DNA of 39,443 bases, taken from Candidatus Brocadiia bacterium (GTDB taxonomy: Bacteria > Planctomycetota > Brocadiia > SM23-32). The notes under the pieces were generated by a model, which was given only the letters and a program-made list of their open reading frames with translations, did not search any database and was not told the DNA's origin. The DNA lies in contig JBKHIT010000046.1 in the NCBI GenBank assembly GCA_046538485.1, positions 1-39,443 on the forward strand, read 5' to 3'. Numbering within the stretch: position 1 is the stretch's first letter; each line of letters starts with the position of its first letter. Positions 18,039-27,026 of the stretch are shown one piece after another. The translations under genes and the position numbers were made by a program.

Positions 18039-19394
18039 ATGAGCCTTTTCGGCGAAGAAAACCAGTCTGAGCTGCAGTATGACCCGGACGCACCGCTTCC
18101 CGTTCGTATGCGTCCTGTTACTTTGAATGAGATATTCGGCCAGGAACATTTCTGCGGGGAAGGGAAGTTGCTCAGGCGTATGATCAAGGCCGACCGCCTT
18201 TCGAGTCTGATTTTCTACGGGCCCCCCGGGACCGGCAAAACAAGCCTTGCTTATGTCATTGCTCGACAGACGGAAGCATATTTTGTCCAGATAAATGCGA
18301 CATCAAGCGGGGTTAAAGAACTGCGTGAGATCCTGCAGGCGGCCACCGGCCGGAAACGCCAGGCCAAAAGGCGAACTGTTCTCTTCATTGATGAGCTGCA
18401 CCGTTTCAACCGATCGCAGCAGGATGTGCTTCTACCGGATGTGGAAAAAGGCACGATTATTTTGATCGGTGCCACCACTCATAACCCTTTCCATGCGCTC
18501 AATGCGCCACTTCTGTCTCGATCGCAGATATTTCAGTTCAAGCCCCTGGGCCCGGACGAAATTCGCATGCTTATTGGTCGGGCGCTCAAAGATGAAGAAC
18601 GCGGGCTCGGCGAATACCAGGTTGAAATGCAGGATGAAGCCACCGAACACCTTGTGGAGATGTGCGACGGCGATGCCCGACGGGCTCTGAATGCCCTGGA
18701 AGTCGGTGTGCTGAGCTCCGAACCGAACGAAGAAGGCGTCGTCGAATTCGATCTGGAACTGGCGGAGGAATCCATCCAGCGGAAAGCAATCGTCTATGAT
18801 CGCGATGAAGACGAACATTACGATACGGCCAGTGCGTTCATCAAAAGCATGCGCGGCAGCGACCCCGATGCGGCGCTTTACTGGATGGCGAAAATGCTGG
18901 AAGGAGGGGAAGATCCGCGTTTTATCGCCCGGCGAATTGTGATCTGTGCCGCGGAAGATGTCGGGAATGCTTCTCCGAACGCACTCGTTCTTGCCACGGC
19001 AGCGCAGCAGGCCGTGGAGTTTGTGGGGATGCCCGAGGCCGTAATTCCTCTGGCGCAGGCCGTGACATACATCGCCGGTGCGCCCAAAAGCAATGCCGCC
19101 TATCAGGCCATAAGCAAGGCACAGGAAGATATCCGGGAGGGCCGGACGTTGCCGGTCCCCGATTATCTCAAAGATGCCAGTTATGAGGGAGCTGAAGAAC
19201 TCGGTCACGGCCGGGATTACAATTATGCCCACGATTACGAAGATCACTGGGTTGATCAGGATTATATCCCGACAACCAAAATTTACTACGAACCAACGGA
19301 ACAGGGTTACGAGAAAAAACTTGCCGAGCGACTCCGCCGAATACGAGAAAAACGGGGCATCAAAAAACAGGGGGAAGAAGATTCCGGGGATTGA
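18039..19394 (+). CDS. rarA: Replication-associated recombination protein A (RarA/MgsA)
   Basis: PLPVRMRP, FYGPPGTGKT, LFIDELHRFN, GATT.NP, GDARRALN, YD....HYD..SAFIKSMRGSDPDAALYW, EDVGNA, PKSN. Confidence 0.95.
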   Translation: MSLFGEENQSELQYDPDAPLPVRMRPVTLNEIFGQEHFCGEGKLLRRMIKADRLSSLIFYGPPGTGKTSLAYVIARQTEAYFVQINATSSGVKELREILQAATGRKRQAKRRTVLFIDELHRFNRSQQDVLLPDVEKGTIILIGATTHNPFHALNAPLLSRSQIFQFKPLGPDEIRMLIGRALKDEERGLGEYQVEMQDEATEHLVEMCDGDARRALNALEVGVLSSEPNEEGVVEFDLELAEESIQRKAIVYDRDEDEHYDTASAFIKSMRGSDPDAALYWMAKMLEGGEDPRFIARRIVICAAEDVGNASPNALVLATAAQQAVEFVGMPEAVIPLAQAVTYIAGAPKSNAAYQAISKAQEDIREGRTLPVPDYLKDASYEGAEELGHGRDYNYAHDYEDHWVDQDYIPTTKIYYEPTEQGYEKKLAERLRRIREKRGIKKQGEEDSGD

Positions 19395-19546
19395 TCAACC
19401 AAGAAAGAATAAAACTTTCCAATGAACTGTTTTTGGCCAGCTTACGCCCGAAAACGCCAGCAAATGGGGCTTGCTGAAAGATCCGCCAACAACAAGTAGA
19501 CCGTGAAACTTGGAGCTCAAATCCAGGGAACAGAACACTTGTGCAC

Positions 19547-19570
19547 GGCCTGGACTTTGCGGGCCTTTTT
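19547..19570 (+). terminator. Rho-independent terminator just upstream of the thrS promoter
   Basis: GGCCTG-GACTTTG-CGGGCC stem-loop followed by TTTTT. Confidence 0.6.
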
Positions 19571-19571
19571 C

Positions 19572-19599
19572 TTGACACGCATGGGGGTTTACATATACT
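19572..19599 (+). promoter_or_regulatory. Sigma70 promoter of thrS
   Basis: Perfect TTGACA (19572-19577), 16-nt spacer, TATACT (19594-19599). Confidence 0.75.
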
Positions 19600-19661
19600 G
19601 TCGATCTTTGTCCTGCTTGTAAGCACCCCCAACTTTTCCGTCATTTCCCGAGAATTCACCG

Positions 19662-21614
19662 ATGATCGTATCTATTACGCTTCCCGATGGTAGTGAAGAA
19701 AAACGACCGGCCGGTGTGACCCCCCTGGAGATCGCGACTTCGATTGGCCCCGGCCTTGCTCGCGACGCTGTTGCTGCACGTGTGGACGGGACCATGGTTG
19801 ATCTTGATGTGCCCCTGGAACAAGACGCCGAACTGGAGATTATCACCGTCGATACTCCGGAAGGACTTGAATTGCTCCGCCACAGCACCTCTCACGTGAT
19901 GGCGTGCGCCGTGGCACGGCTCTACGATGAGGTGAATTTCGGAATCGGGCCAGCTATCGAGAATGGGTTTTACTACGATTTTGACCTCGGTGAGCAGATT
20001 TCAGAAGAAGATCTCGAACGGATTGAAGAGGAGATGAGCCGGATTGTGGATGAGATTTTGCCGTTCGAACGAGTCGAAGTGGCACGCGAAGAAGCCCGTC
20101 GGATAATGGAAGATCGCGGTGAACGGTTCAAAGTGGAACTGATCGATGAGATCGACGATGATGTGGTATCGCTGTATCGAACCGGCGAATTTCTTGACCT
20201 TTGTCGCGGTCCACACCTGCCGGACACCGGACGCGTTCGTGCCTTCAAATTACTCAGCGTCGCGGGGGCATACTGGCGCGGAGATTCCGATCGTGCTCAG
20301 CTGCAGCGAGTTTACGGGACGGCGTTCGCCCAAGAGGATGAGCTGGAAGATTATCTGCACCGGCTTGAAGAGGCTGAAAAACGGGATCATCGCCGGATTG
20401 GCCGGGAACTCGATCTTTTCAGCACCGACGAAGAGATAGGACAAGGGCTGATCCTCTGGCACCCGCGGGGAACCGCAATACGCAATGCAATTGAAGATTA
20501 CTGGAAGGATGAACACCTGAAGCGCGGCTACCAGTTCGTGCATACTCCTCATATTGCATCCGAGCAGCTCTACCGCCGCAGCGGGCATATCCCGAAATAC
20601 GAGGATATGATGTATGCTCCTCTTGAGATTGATGAAGAACGATACCGCGTCAAACCGATGAACTGCCCAGCGCATATTAAAATTTTCCAGACCCACATGC
20701 GTTCGTATCGGGATCTGCCCATCCGTTACGGTGAGTTGGGGACGGTGTATCGCTATGAAATGAGCGGTGCGCTGCACGGTATGTTGCGCGTGCGCGGATT
20801 CACCCAGGATGATGCTCACATCTTCTGCACTCCGGAACAGCTCTCGGGCGAGGTCGAGCAGTTGCTCGAACTCGTCGATGAAATGATGTCGACCTTCGGC
20901 TACGAATACCAGGCTTATCTCTCGACCAGGCCCGAGGAATCTCTGGAGACGGCCAGCGATGAAGAATGGGATAGGGCGACCGAGTCATTGCGTGAAGGTC
21001 TGGAAGCGATGGGGATGGATTATGAAGTGGACGAAGGGGCAGGGACGTTTTATGCTCCGAAAATCGATGTCAAGCTTTTCGATGCTATCGGACGGGCCTG
21101 GCAGGGCCCGACTATCCAGGTCGATCTCAATCTTCCCAAGCGATTTGATGTCAATTACATAGGTGATGATGGCGAAGAACACGAATGTATCATCGTACAT
21201 CGGGCGATTCTCGGATCGCTGGAACGTTTTGTAGGCGGCCTGATTGAGCATTTCAGCGGCTGGTTTCCGATCTGGCTTGCTCCCGAACAGGTGCGTGTCC
21301 TTCCGATAACCGATGATCATCAGGATTATGCTCACGAAGTTCTCGGTCAGCTGCGTGAGATTGGGCTACGGGCGATTTCCGACGACCGGAACGAAGGCAC
21401 CAGTTATAAGGTCCATTCCGGTGTCGAAGACAAAGTGCCGTACATGCTGATCGTCGGAGATAGAGAAGTGGATAGCGGCACTGTCAGCGTGCGCAGCCAC
21501 GATAAAGGAGACGAGGGCCCGGTCGCGCTTGAAGAATTCATCACCCGTATCAAAGAAGAGGTTGAGAATAAAGTTCTGCCTGCTGATTTTGCGCAGGTCG
21601 ATGTTGCTGAATGA
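19662..21614 (+). CDS. thrS: Threonine--tRNA ligase
   Basis: TGS domain, RHSTSHVMA editing motif, DLCRGPH, AGAYWRGD, RDHRRIG, KPMNCPAH, GMLRVRGFTQDDAH, HRAILGSLERF. Confidence 0.98.
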   Translation: MIVSITLPDGSEEKRPAGVTPLEIATSIGPGLARDAVAARVDGTMVDLDVPLEQDAELEIITVDTPEGLELLRHSTSHVMACAVARLYDEVNFGIGPAIENGFYYDFDLGEQISEEDLERIEEEMSRIVDEILPFERVEVAREEARRIMEDRGERFKVELIDEIDDDVVSLYRTGEFLDLCRGPHLPDTGRVRAFKLLSVAGAYWRGDSDRAQLQRVYGTAFAQEDELEDYLHRLEEAEKRDHRRIGRELDLFSTDEEIGQGLILWHPRGTAIRNAIEDYWKDEHLKRGYQFVHTPHIASEQLYRRSGHIPKYEDMMYAPLEIDEERYRVKPMNCPAHIKIFQTHMRSYRDLPIRYGELGTVYRYEMSGALHGMLRVRGFTQDDAHIFCTPEQLSGEVEQLLELVDEMMSTFGYEYQAYLSTRPEESLETASDEEWDRATESLREGLEAMGMDYEVDEGAGTFYAPKIDVKLFDAIGRAWQGPTIQVDLNLPKRFDVNYIGDDGEEHECIIVHRAILGSLERFVGGLIEHFSGWFPIWLAPEQVRVLPITDDHQDYAHEVLGQLREIGLRAISDDRNEGTSYKVHSGVEDKVPYMLIVGDREVDSGTVSVRSHDKGDEGPVALEEFITRIKEEVENKVLPADFAQVDVAE

Positions 21615-21826
21615 ACGATGATGTCTTGATTCTGTGGACCTCGATGTCCGATAAATTGGAATGGCCGATCTCTTCGCTCTTCAGATCCAGAATTCAGTGT
21701 CAGGTTCATAGCCGTTCAATTCACTGAGCAATTCTTTCCCCGCGGACGTGGCCTGTGTCTTAAGGGTAAGCACGCAGGCTTGAACAAAACGGCACATGTT
21801 GTTTAGAAGCTGAACGATAACCTTAA

Positions 21827-23167
21827 TTGTTGTACTTGCAGCGTATGGAGCCCGACCAATTACAGAATGCCCGCAAATTTGCCCTTGGGGAAGGTATATG
21901 GGGACTTGGCATTGGTCTGATTGCTCCGCTCACCGTTTTCCCTCTTTTGTTGAAAGCCCTGGGTGCGAAAGGTATTGAGCTCGGCCTGGTTTTCAGCCTC
22001 GCAACAGCCGGCGTTATTTTGACTCAGCCGCTGGGTCTTTTGCTGCCCCGAAAAGGAAAGGGGCGGAAACGGTTCTTGATTCTCTATCATTGTTTTGTGG
22101 TCCTTCCCGCAACACTGTTAATGGGAGCGCTGATCTGGACCTTTGGGGGCCAATCAGACCTGCATTTGCTTCTACGCTGGCTTCTGATCGGGGTTTTTGG
22201 GGTTCGCATTCTGGTTATCGGTGTGATTGTGCCTTTATGGCAAGATTGGTTCGCAAGTCTGTTCAATCGTGAAAACCGGGGGCAAGCGACGGGGATGTAT
22301 GCGGCTGCCTTAGCGATAGGAGTGAGTTTAGCAGCTGTGGTCGCTGCATATTTCCGATCACATTTGCCCTTCCCCGGCAATTACGCCGTACTGTTTTTCA
22401 TGGCTGTATTTCTTTTCGCAATTAGCATGGGAGTTTTTATGGGGGTTTCGTCTGGAAACCCGGGCGAGGGGGGGCCGGAACGGCCTGAATTGGGGGAGAT
22501 GATGGCAATGTTTCGTGATTCTCTCCGCGACAACAACTATTGCAGCTACCTTGTGACGAGGGTTCTTCTGACGGTTGGAGCTGGGGCGACGGCATTCTTT
22601 GCTGTTCGTTTCCGGAGTCCAGAAGGTGGTGAGCTTTCGGACGCCACTATAATTGGCCTGGGGGCATTGCTTACGATGCCGCAGGCCATTGCGAGTTACT
22701 GGTTGGGGCGGCGTGGCGATAAAAAAGGGCACCGAAGTGGGGTTTTGATTGGCGCAACAGCCCAGACTGGAGCTATTGCCTTCGCTTTTTTCGGAAGTGG
22801 TGCAGTCGCCTGTGCGCTATGTTTCATCTGCCTTGGTGTTGGGCTGGCGTCCGGTATGGTGTCGCACCAGAATATGGTCTATGAGACCTGTCCGCATGAC
22901 AATCGTGTGGCTCATATAACTCTCAGTAATCTCGCGTTGAGTCCTTTTGTCTTGCTTATGCCTGTTGTGCTGGGCTGGCTCGTCGGGGAGGTGGGCCTGA
23001 CAATCGGGATTGGCACCTGCTTGATCCCCACGGTGGCGGGCGCAGTATGGACGGTCATAATGGTCGACGAGCCGCGCCAACTGGTTCTGGGCAAACAGAG
23101 TCGTCGTTTACCGGCCTGGCTTGAGGATCGCCGGAGTGGGCGTGATGGTGAAAAGACATCACCGTAA
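21827..23167 (+). CDS. Major facilitator superfamily transporter
   Basis: About 12 hydrophobic helices in two halves, RENRG loop, LGRRGDKKGHR motif-A-like loop. Start uncertain. Confidence 0.8.
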   Translation: MLYLQRMEPDQLQNARKFALGEGIWGLGIGLIAPLTVFPLLLKALGAKGIELGLVFSLATAGVILTQPLGLLLPRKGKGRKRFLILYHCFVVLPATLLMGALIWTFGGQSDLHLLLRWLLIGVFGVRILVIGVIVPLWQDWFASLFNRENRGQATGMYAAALAIGVSLAAVVAAYFRSHLPFPGNYAVLFFMAVFLFAISMGVFMGVSSGNPGEGGPERPELGEMMAMFRDSLRDNNYCSYLVTRVLLTVGAGATAFFAVRFRSPEGGELSDATIIGLGALLTMPQAIASYWLGRRGDKKGHRSGVLIGATAQTGAIAFAFFGSGAVACALCFICLGVGLASGMVSHQNMVYETCPHDNRVAHITLSNLALSPFVLLMPVVLGWLVGEVGLTIGIGTCLIPTVAGAVWTVIMVDEPRQLVLGKQSRRLPAWLEDRRSGRDGEKTSP

Positions 23168-23209
23168 ATGGCCGGAACGCAACGTGTTTCCATCCGATAA
23201 TTGGCTTTT

Positions 23210-23309
23210 CCCTGGGGTATAAGTGTTGCTGCCTCGCACAGGCTATACGCAAGAATACCCTTATACCTCAGAGGGCGATGCAATGCCGCGATTTACGCCC
23301 CCCTTTTTC
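23210..23309. terminator. Tandem hairpins between convergent genes (probable bidirectional terminator)
   Basis: CTGGGGTATAAG (23212-23223) pairs with CTTATACCTCAG (23260-23271) with inner TTGC/GCAA and GCCT/AGGC; then GGGCG...CGCCC followed by CCTTTTT. Confidence 0.55.
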
Positions 23310-23331
23310 TAGCACGATTCCCGTTAGCATC

Positions 23332-24321
23332 TTACTTGGAATCTGGTTCTTCAAAACGGAGTTTGTTCACAGGGGCTCGATCGTCAGTCAACACTATGGC
23401 TTTTCCCTTCGGTTTAGGACTGGGATGAAGGCGGCTGGCGACACGGGGCATATCGAATGAAAAATTGTGTTTTGCCTGAAGTTTTTTGGCGCGTTCCTTT
23501 GCTTCTTTGCGGGAAAGAGCCTTCCCTTCCTCCCCGATGCCGACAATCATGGCGTTACTGGTTGAAGAACCGCTGTAGACCTGGCAGTTTTTGTAGACCG
23601 CCTGGAAAGTTTTGAGCTCGGATTGGCAGAGTCGGTTGTCCGAGAACACATTGGCAATCACGGCTCCGTTATCAGACAGAACGGCTTTCACCTGTTCGAG
23701 AAACTCTTTGGTCATCAGGTGGAAAGGGATATAGTCGGCGTTGAAAGCGTCAAGAATGACCAGATCATATTTTTGTGGTTTTGTCTGACGGCTCCTGCGG
23801 CGAATGAAAACGCGTCCGTCTTCGATATGCACTTTCAAATTTTTCCCTTCTTTAAAACTGAAGAAACGTTTGGCAGCTTTTTTGATTTCGGGATCGAGCT
23901 CCACAACATCAATATGGCATTGCGGAAAATAATGGTGCATTTCGCGCGGCAGAATGCCTCCGCCAAGCCCGACGACCAGTAGGTTTTTGGGTTCCGGTTC
24001 GTAGAATAGGCCGCAGAACATCAAAGTTGTATATTCCAGCACGTGGCGGCGGAGATTACGTCTGTCGACTTTACTTTGTGTAATTCTGCCGCGTCGGCCA
24101 AATTTAAGGCTGAAGACGGAGCCTTTTTTGTAGACAAAGATTCTGTGGTACAACGAATTTTTCTGGAATACGAGTTTTTTGCCATCAGCTGCCGTAGCAC
24201 TCAACGTGACGATTTTCCAGGCCGCGATTCCTGCCAGAATGATAGCAAGGATTGTCATGATGGTTTTCCGCCCTCGGCCCTCTGCTCCGTGATCTGTTTT
24301 CTTCTTAATGGGAGGCTTCAT
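23332..24321 (-). CDS. Spermidine-synthase-like SAM-dependent methyltransferase domain with N-terminal TM/signal helix
   Basis: SLYHRIFV, LEYT, LVVGLGGG, VVELDPEI, IEDGRVFI, YDLVILDAF, IPFHLMTKEF, LTDDRAPV. Start uncertain (24336, 24321 or 24258). Confidence 0.85.
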   Translation of the reverse strand: MKPPIKKKTDHGAEGRGRKTIMTILAIILAGIAAWKIVTLSATAADGKKLVFQKNSLYHRIFVYKKGSVFSLKFGRRGRITQSKVDRRNLRRHVLEYTTLMFCGLFYEPEPKNLLVVGLGGGILPREMHHYFPQCHIDVVELDPEIKKAAKRFFSFKEGKNLKVHIEDGRVFIRRRSRQTKPQKYDLVILDAFNADYIPFHLMTKEFLEQVKAVLSDNGAVIANVFSDNRLCQSELKTFQAVYKNCQVYSGSSTSNAMIVGIGEEGKALSRKEAKERAKKLQAKHNFSFDMPRVASRLHPSPKPKGKAIVLTDDRAPVNKLRFEEPDSK

Positions 24322-25021
24322 ATGTATTATTCTCAACAGGTTTCTGGGAATTTGATTTGATTAATCCAACCACCAGCAAGATACATCCAACAAGAGAAAG
24401 GGAACCTCCAGATATCCACACTGTACGCCTTAACGAAAGCGAGGTTAAGTACCAGGCGGTGACCAGGCATCCGGCAAAACTGGCGGCGGTTGAAAACGCG
24501 AGCACCATGCCGGCTTTAAGTCCCGACTCACGCACCTCACGGGTCAACCACTGAATGGCTGTGGGCGAGACTGTCCCCAGCAGAATCGTAGGGGCCGCGA
24601 ACAGGATAACGGAGGCGCCGAGTCCCACCATTCGGACCCCCAGCCCCATATCTTCAAGCCAATAGCAAATGGGTTCCAGTGCCAGGGGGGTGGCCATCAA
24701 CCACAACCCCGAAACGATGAGACCTAACCCGAGAATCTCTCGGCTTCTTTTCACCCGGGAGAACCTGCCGCCCAGCATGTAGCCTACCGAGAGGCTCAGA
24801 AGAAAAACGCCGATGACGCTGCCCCAGGTCGTGTATATATCGTTGCCGACAAACGGGGCAAGCATGCGTCCGGCCAGGATCTCCATTTCCATAATGAGCC
24901 AGCCTGAAACGCCCGTCAAAAGCAAAATAGCCATCCCCCGAACCCATGGTTTAACTGTTTGCTGTGACGTTATAATCTGTTCTTCATCGGATTTTTCTGT
25001 CTGCGCGTTTGTTTTTTTCAT
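24305..25021 (-). CDS. Membrane domain corresponding to the N-terminal half of fused MFS/spermidine-synthase proteins
   Basis: SG...M..EILAGRMLAPFVG..IYT.WGSVIGVFL..LS.GY.LGG, P..LLG.VSP, G...AFST..S..G pattern; about 6 TM helices; ATGA overlap with the lolE-like stop. Confidence 0.8.
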   Translation of the reverse strand: MKKTNAQTEKSDEEQIITSQQTVKPWVRGMAILLLTGVSGWLIMEMEILAGRMLAPFVGNDIYTTWGSVIGVFLLSLSVGYMLGGRFSRVKRSREILGLGLIVSGLWLMATPLALEPICYWLEDMGLGVRMVGLGASVILFAAPTILLGTVSPTAIQWLTREVRESGLKAGMVLAFSTAASFAGCLVTAWYLTSLSLRRTVWISGGSLSLVGCILLVVGLIKSNSQKPVENNTYEASH

Positions 25022-26520
25022 TCAAATCTCAGTGTCTGGATTGGATCCATTCTGGCGGCTTTCAGTGCCGGCAGGACACTGAAAATGAGACTACATAATA
25101 GAGCTCCTCCGCTGATAACCAGCGGCATTTCCCATCCGAGATCCGCGGGGATCTCAGAAAAATAATATACGTCCGGGGGGAACGGTGTCCAACCGGTCAG
25201 TTTTTCGACAAACTCAGCGATTTGGTTAATATAACTTGCAAAGAAGAGTCCCCCGATCGCACCGAAAACCGCCCCAAGAATCCCAATGGCGGCCCCATCT
25301 ACCAAAAATACGCTCGCCACGTTGGCATTTGTGTATCCGACCGATTTCAATATCCCGATATCGCGTCGTTTTTCGTGAACGGTCATTATAAGAATGGAAA
25401 AAATGCAGAATCCGGCGAGTGCTCCGACAAAAGACAGAATGACCGCCATCAAAAAACGCTCCATGGCGACGGCCTCGAGATAGTTTTTTTGCTGTTCCTC
25501 CCAGGTATAGGCATTGAAGTCCCGCGAAAAGGCCTTTTTGACCGCGGGAGCATTCACATAATCGTCAAGTTTGAGATTCATCCCGGTAACCCCGCCGCCG
25601 CTGTCTGCAAGTTGCATTGCCGATTCCAGAGAGAGAATCACAACACCGCTGTCGTAATCGTAACGTCCTGTTTCGAAGACACCCGCAACGAGGTAAGCTT
25701 TCAACCTTCTGCGTAAATCCGCGGATGCCGTAACAAGCACCACCTTCTCGCGCATTATGCGGTTTCCATTTGCGGCCAAAAGGCCGGCAAGTGTTTTATT
25801 ATACTGGTAAAGTGTTTGGATGGCCTCCTGAAGTTTTTCGCGCGCTTCCGTCGGGGTTCTGGCCTCCCGCATTCTCTGCAGTTTTTTTAGTACCTCTTGC
25901 TTTTTCTCCCCTGTCAGGTTGTCAGCGACCCGGTTTCGAAACGTGTAATAGAGCGAACACCGTTCTGCCATAACGCTTCCGATGAGGCAGGGTTTGAGAG
26001 CTCCCCCGTTTTTGTCGACGTATTCTCGATTGAGAACTGACAGATCTCCCCACTGCACGAAGTCGCTCCCGAACAGCGTAACCTTCGGTTCCAATTCCGG
26101 ATCCATCCCGCGGAACCTCACATTTTCCATCCGGTCCTGTTGCGGGAAGCGAATCAGGCCTGGCGCCTGGAGATAAGGAGCAGCAGCAACAACGTGAGAT
26201 GTATTCAATGCGTCCTGGCGCACCTGTTCCCAGTTTTGCATGGAATAGAGCCTGCCTGTCACGGGCAACAAACTCATATCGCTCAGGTACCCTCTGATTA
26301 CCGAGCGGAGTTGCTTTTGGAATCCTCCCATAACACTCATAACTACAATAAGGGTGCCTACACTCACCGCCACCCCGATGATTGCAAGATAGGAAAGTTT
26401 TTTCTTCAAAAGGTAGCGCATGCCAACGAACAGAGGAGCCGGCGTCATTTGAAAGCCGGAAAGGGACTCAACTGTTGCGCTGGTGTCTTTTTTCTGTGCT
26501 CTATCAGTTTTTTCTGACAT
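25018..26520 (-). CDS. lolE: LolC/LolE-family (MacB/FtsX-like) ABC transporter permease, lipoprotein release
   Basis: RYL, IIGVAVSVGTLIVVMSVMGGF, GVFETGRYDYD, EKRRDIGILKSVG, DVYYFSEIP, PALKAARMDPIQTLRFE. Confidence 0.88.
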   Translation of the reverse strand: MSEKTDRAQKKDTSATVESLSGFQMTPAPLFVGMRYLLKKKLSYLAIIGVAVSVGTLIVVMSVMGGFQKQLRSVIRGYLSDMSLLPVTGRLYSMQNWEQVRQDALNTSHVVAAAPYLQAPGLIRFPQQDRMENVRFRGMDPELEPKVTLFGSDFVQWGDLSVLNREYVDKNGGALKPCLIGSVMAERCSLYYTFRNRVADNLTGEKKQEVLKKLQRMREARTPTEAREKLQEAIQTLYQYNKTLAGLLAANGNRIMREKVVLVTASADLRRRLKAYLVAGVFETGRYDYDSGVVILSLESAMQLADSGGGVTGMNLKLDDYVNAPAVKKAFSRDFNAYTWEEQQKNYLEAVAMERFLMAVILSFVGALAGFCIFSILIMTVHEKRRDIGILKSVGYTNANVASVFLVDGAAIGILGAVFGAIGGLFFASYINQIAEFVEKLTGWTPFPPDVYYFSEIPADLGWEMPLVISGGALLCSLIFSVLPALKAARMDPIQTLRFE

Positions 26521-26874
26521 CGGATATATTTTAACGGATGTTTACCAGACTTCGCTCCACCGGCGTCCCCGTATAGCCGTGCGGACTAAAGGAGTACTGG
26601 TTGTACCTGAGAATCGGAGTTGGAGTTGGACCCAAAATCGAGATTGCTTCATCATATGCCTGAGGCCTTTTCTTCGCAAAGATCGCACAAACAGCCAGCG
26701 AATCATTGCAAGGAGTTTGCCGAGCGGCAAACGACGCGGAAATCTCGATTTTTCCACTGTTACGCATAAAAACTCTCGTCATGCTCTACTAGGATAGGTA
26801 CACTGTGACCTTCCGGGCAAGTGAAAAGGGCAAAACTTTACTTTTCGGGCGAACCGGAAGGCCCCTATCTCTTT

Positions 26875-26902
26875 TTGAAATCGCTGGTGCGGGATGTAGA
26901 AT
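26875..26902 (+). promoter_or_regulatory. Candidate sigma70 promoter of the glycosidase gene
   Basis: TTGAAA (26875-26880), 16-nt spacer, TAGAAT (26897-26902). Confidence 0.45.
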
Positions 26903-27026
26903 AAACTGTTTCAGGAAGCCAGACGTTTTCAACACGGGTTCCCCTTGAACCAGACGCTTCCATTTATAACTATTTTGGAAGCCTCAAAGTGGTTTTTGAT
27001 ATTACTCAATGCATTTGGAGTTTGTG

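Noticed and set aside
19395..19661. T-box riboswitch or tRNA gene upstream of thrS
   Set aside because: No T-box consensus (AGGGTGGNACCGCG) and no cloverleaf; the terminator lies upstream of the promoter, not in the leader.
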